Below are positions 60,060 through 64,000 of a DNA stretch of 64,000 bases, piece after piece. The DNA comes from Tubulanus polymorphus (Eukaryota > Animalia > Nemertea): assembly GCF_964204645.1 (NCBI RefSeq), contig NC_134029.1, positions 15,680,950 to 15,744,949 on the forward strand. The letters run 5' to 3'. The notes under the pieces are model-generated. The model did no database searches. It was not told the origin of the DNA and worked only from the letters and a program-made list of their open reading frames with translations. Both the position numbers and the translations under genes were made by a program. Position 1 is the stretch's first letter. Every line of letters starts with the position of its first letter.

Positions 60060-61160
60060 TTTGATATCAAATTTTTTATTAAAATTGATTTTATATTATT
60101 CGAAATCTATATCACGGTGTCCTTTTTCATTCTTACCTTTATATATGAAATAAAATATTCCAGAAAATAATTCTTCAATATCTTCATTAGATATTCTATG
60201 AAATCTATCTGGTAAATATGTTCTTAATTTACATTTATTTCCTTTTAATCCGTAATATTCTAAGGGGATAACTAATTTATCTCCATACCTATTAGTAATT
60301 GTTTCAATATTTGTAATTAAATATTTCTCATAAATTGTTAATTCTGTTACCTTTTTTAATTTATAATTCTACAGATTTGACATTTGTTGTATCTTTTATT
60401 CTATTTAAGAATTCACTGTGTATCCGTTTACTCTCAGTTTTAATATCAATTTTTTTATTAAAATTCATTTCATTTATATGATTTTCATAAATATGATTTT
60501 CGTATATAAAAATATTAGAGTAATTGTATACATGTTGTTCTAGATTAAAGGTTGAAAAAACAAACATTAAAAAAGTATATTTAATTTTAGATTAAATAAT
60601 ATAATAATTTTTATCATTAGAATATATTTGATTATATGGATATATTCTTTATTGTGTATTGTATTTAATCAATTGGGAGCGGAGCAAAACGACGCGACCA
60701 ATTGATTTTATACAATATGCGTTTAAAATTGAAATTATTAATATTTTAGAATAGATATTTATTTATAATATGAAATACAAACGGCTATGAAAATATATTA
60801 TAGTTTTAAATTACTTTTAATATTTGTTTTTTAATGAGCTCGACCGTTCGACCTTTGATCTAGAACAACATATATACAATTACTCATAGCCCCTATTACT
60901 TGGGTATGTAAGCATCAATCAGAGTATGGGTGTCTGATGGACTACGCATTGTGAACATTCCATCAAATTTACACTTTATAATCATTTATATTTCAGTAAT
61001 CCATCATTCATTACAGCTAAAATGTCTCATGAATTAATATTATGTATTTACATAACATTATTAATCGTTAAAAACAAATGCTCTTGTGGGCTACACGTGA
61101 TCTTTAATATTGAAAATGTATACGTCGACTGTTCATAATTTGTTTTGTCATTCATTGAAG

Positions 61161-61277
61161 ATGTGAATGAATGCAACCGAAAAAGTGGCCCGTGTAAATT
61201 TCAATGTCGAAACCAAATAGGTGGATATCGTTGTCGTTGCCCGAATGGTTACAAGCAAATTAACGGACAGTGCCTCG
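61161..61277 (+). CDS. FBN: Fibrillin-like gene, cbEGF exon
   Basis: aag|...|gtaagt, 117 bp, phase 1: (D)VNECNRKSGPCKFQCRNQIGGYRCRCPNGYKQINGQCL, resembling the IGGYRCSCPQGY module near the fibrillin C-terminus. Confidence 0.85.
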
Positions 61278-61699
61278 GTAAGTATTTCTATATAAGTTTT
61301 GACTTAAGGAGAAGGGTTCTAATATAGGTTACTGACGACATAGCCGCCGCAACAACTACGCCGGAGCAATTCATCGGCGATATCTACGCCAAAAACTTAT
61401 CCCGCACAATAGCAAGAACCATGCAGCTTCACATACATGTAGTACTGCGCCTGCCTTTATGATAAATTTATCCGTCAATCAGTAATGCGATCTCGATTCA
61501 TTAGAACCCCGTTCAATATTATCAAATGGTTCTTGACAGGTTTCTTGGGAGAACCATTTTGATGTAATATATTTTTAGGGTTCCTCATTCATTTTGACTG
61601 CTTAAGCTGTTCATGATTTGTCCATCCTCTGTTATGTTTGACTGCTCCCTTAATCCTCATGTGGATAACAAAACTGATGATAAGAATCGGATATATTAT

Positions 61700-64000
61700 T
61701 TTTTCTTTTTCTTACATACGTCACAATATTTTTCATTTGTCTTTTTGGTTTTGATATCAGGTTCAATCTAATCGATCTCCATACTCTTCCATTTCTGGAT
61801 CAACAGAATTAGGATTTAAATTTGGATTTTAAAATGGTGAATATTTGTTAATATCAATACCAACATTTGGTTCTTCTTCATTTATTCTATCGAGTGCATT
61901 CCATATAATTCTGAGAAATTCTGAACCACCTTTTGAACTTTCAATTGTAGATCCTGCTCGCATTCCAGGTTCAAAAATATGAAATGTGGATTATCTTTTA
62001 AAATTTGCATTACAATATCTTCTGTATCAACTTTATCTATTACATCTTTTGGTAATAATTCGTTAACAATTGTATCTATTACTCTACTTTTAATTCCATG
62101 TAATTGCCCTTTCAAATAAGGATCAGTTGTATTTACTAATCTATTCATTAAATCTTTTCTAAATGTTACGGGTTTAATAACTTCCCTTTCGGGAGCCGTC
62201 ATATATTCTTTAAATTTTTCACGCGTTTCGTAATCAATTACACTATCATCTTCATCAGCTAAACTAGAATTATATGATGGATCATCATCATCATTATTTA
62301 AATTATTATTATATGCGATCCATCATCATTATCAATATTAGTTTCATTAAAATCAGGTTGTGGTTCATCACTTATACCAGGGGCGTCACCAAAAGTATCC
62401 ATTGGAATATCTTCTTCCATTTATATAATAGAAAAATTAAAATTTAAAATATAATATTCCTCCTATTACAATTCCTATACAAGTTGTAGCTAATTTAGCA
62501 TTTTCATGTGATTTATTATCATTATTACTTTTAATTATTTTATGCTGAATATTATCAGTTTTAATATTTTCTGATGTATTGTTATCTTTTATTTTAGAAT
62601 CATTATCCAATCCAATATTTATAGTTTTAGTTTCTGTTGATTGAATATGTTTTTTAATTTTTTCACCTTCCATTAGTCTTGGAGCAGTAATAATCTTTTT
62701 ATTTATGTCATTTAATCCAAATGAATTATTTATTGTTGCAGTCTTAATTCAATTATTATAACCAATTATATTTCCCATCTTTAATACTAAATCATTTGCT
62801 ATAATTTATAGATTAGGACCTATATAATAATTTAATCTTACATGAGATTTATCTAACTGATTTTGATGTCTTACAATGTTTTCTGGAATCGATCTATTTC
62901 TATCATTATGAATTGAATCTTCAAATAAAACTTTAAATTGTTTCTGCGCGTCAAATGAAGTGTAATCATTTCCAACTATTGGGGATCTTGTTTCAACCTG
63001 TGTACCCTAGAATACAAATTAAATGTATTCTAATAGATTGATTTATTCGTTGTATACCTGATTTAGTAAAACCTTCACTATTATCTAAGATAAAATAAAC
63101 CCAACCATCATTATTATCAATTTTATAATTATGATAAGCACCAACTCTATGCATATAATCAATTCTTTTTATTTCAAACTGTTCACCAACACCATGTAAT
63201 TTACCATGCGCTCTAAAATCGGAATTAATATTTATATTAAATTCATTACATAATTTATAAAACTTAGATAGATTAATATTATCATCCAATTCTTTAAAAT
63301 ATTTCGATCCAGGTAAAGGGCATTCTAATTCGTTTATTATAGTTCTGATTTGAAAATATGTATGAAATCTAAATATTGTATGAATGAATTTTAAATCTGA
63401 ATAAGACAAATTTTTATCTAAGTTATTAAGATGATTGTTCCAACTTATACCACACCCTGTTGTTGCAGAATAAACAGCAAAATTTAATTGATTCTGCCAA
63501 TATTTCATATTACATTTTAATTTATATATATTATATTCATCCCGAGTAAAAGTAACATCATATGTATTAAATATATTTTCCATTTTAGAAATAGAATAAT
63601 TTGTTTCGGCTACATAAATTTCTATATTAACTAATGAGTTCAAAACTAAATTTTTATATGAAACATTTCTATTAAAATCTATTGCAGGGATATTATATTT
63701 AATTGATTTATTATATTGGAAAGCTTTTGGAAACCCCATTTATAAAATAAAAAAATTAATAATTAATTAATTCTTTTAATAATTTATCTTGTTCTTCAAT
63801 TGGTAAATTACCATTTAAACTTATGATATAATGTAGATATTTTTTGATTTATTAATTTCTTTTATATTGGATTTTATTTTTTCTTTATTACTTTTATATT
63901 TAATTTTGAACTTATACCAGTTAAAACACTTGAACTTAACCCTTACACACCAATTGATATAGCTAAAGGAGTTATTGGTGAAAATATTGCTAAAATGTTA
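61700..64000 (-). mobile_element. Further Polinton relic continuing beyond the window
   Basis: Homologs of the 13728-14163 gene (63756-64000) and the 12326-13711 gene (62437-63739), an acidic-start ORF at 62420 in the position of the 445-aa gene, and a ZnF gene fragment at 61707-61770. Confidence 0.85.
62437..63739 (-). pseudogene. Homolog of the 12326-13711 gene (frameshift near 63000)
   Basis: KAFQYNKSIKYNIP..WQNQLNFAVYSATTGCGISW..ENAKLATTCIGIVIGGILYFKF. Confidence 0.8.

Larger units (their letters stand above)
52690..60884. mobile_element. Internally deleted, decayed Polinton of a sister subfamily with both ends
   Basis: Termini AGTAATTGTATATAT..CTAGATCAAAGGTCGAACGGTCGAGCTC and reverse complement; TSD CGTAGC/CATAGC (52684-52689, 60885-60890); homologs of the 113-aa gene, mCP, 445-aa gene, MCP, ZnF gene and pPolB N-terminus. 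Confidence 0.9.

Overview
This window is eukaryotic DNA, most likely from an invertebrate animal. It is intron sequence of a + strand fibrillin-like gene: four phase-1 calcium-binding EGF exons sit at 25251, 41656, 51716 and 61161, and the rest is mostly nested mobile DNA. (1) A 14.75-kb Polinton/Maverick (adintovirus-like endogenous virus; 6200-20949, 6-bp TSD GCTGCA) splits the gag ORF of a decayed BEL/Pao LTR retrotransposon. It carries pPolB, integrase, packaging ATPase, and major and minor capsid genes, and each of its TIRs is itself a ~390-bp palindrome. (2) The most striking element is a 5.37-kb near-perfect palindrome (30701-36073; two 2.62-kb arms, 130-bp spacer, 6-bp TSD AGCGTC) inserted in a hAT transposase. 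It shares ~180 bp of terminus and start-proximal motifs with the Polinton but has no polymerase, integrase or capsid gene. Instead it carries three small genes of its own in mirror image, making it a candidate Polinton satellite (snap-back parasite). (3) Three further decayed Polinton relics are present, one with a rearranged architecture and a different gene captured in its TIRs. There are also nested MULE-like elements, Harbinger MITEs, Penelope-type hammerhead-containing insertions and a tRNA-derived SINE. All assignments come from motif recognition by eye; no database searches were run.
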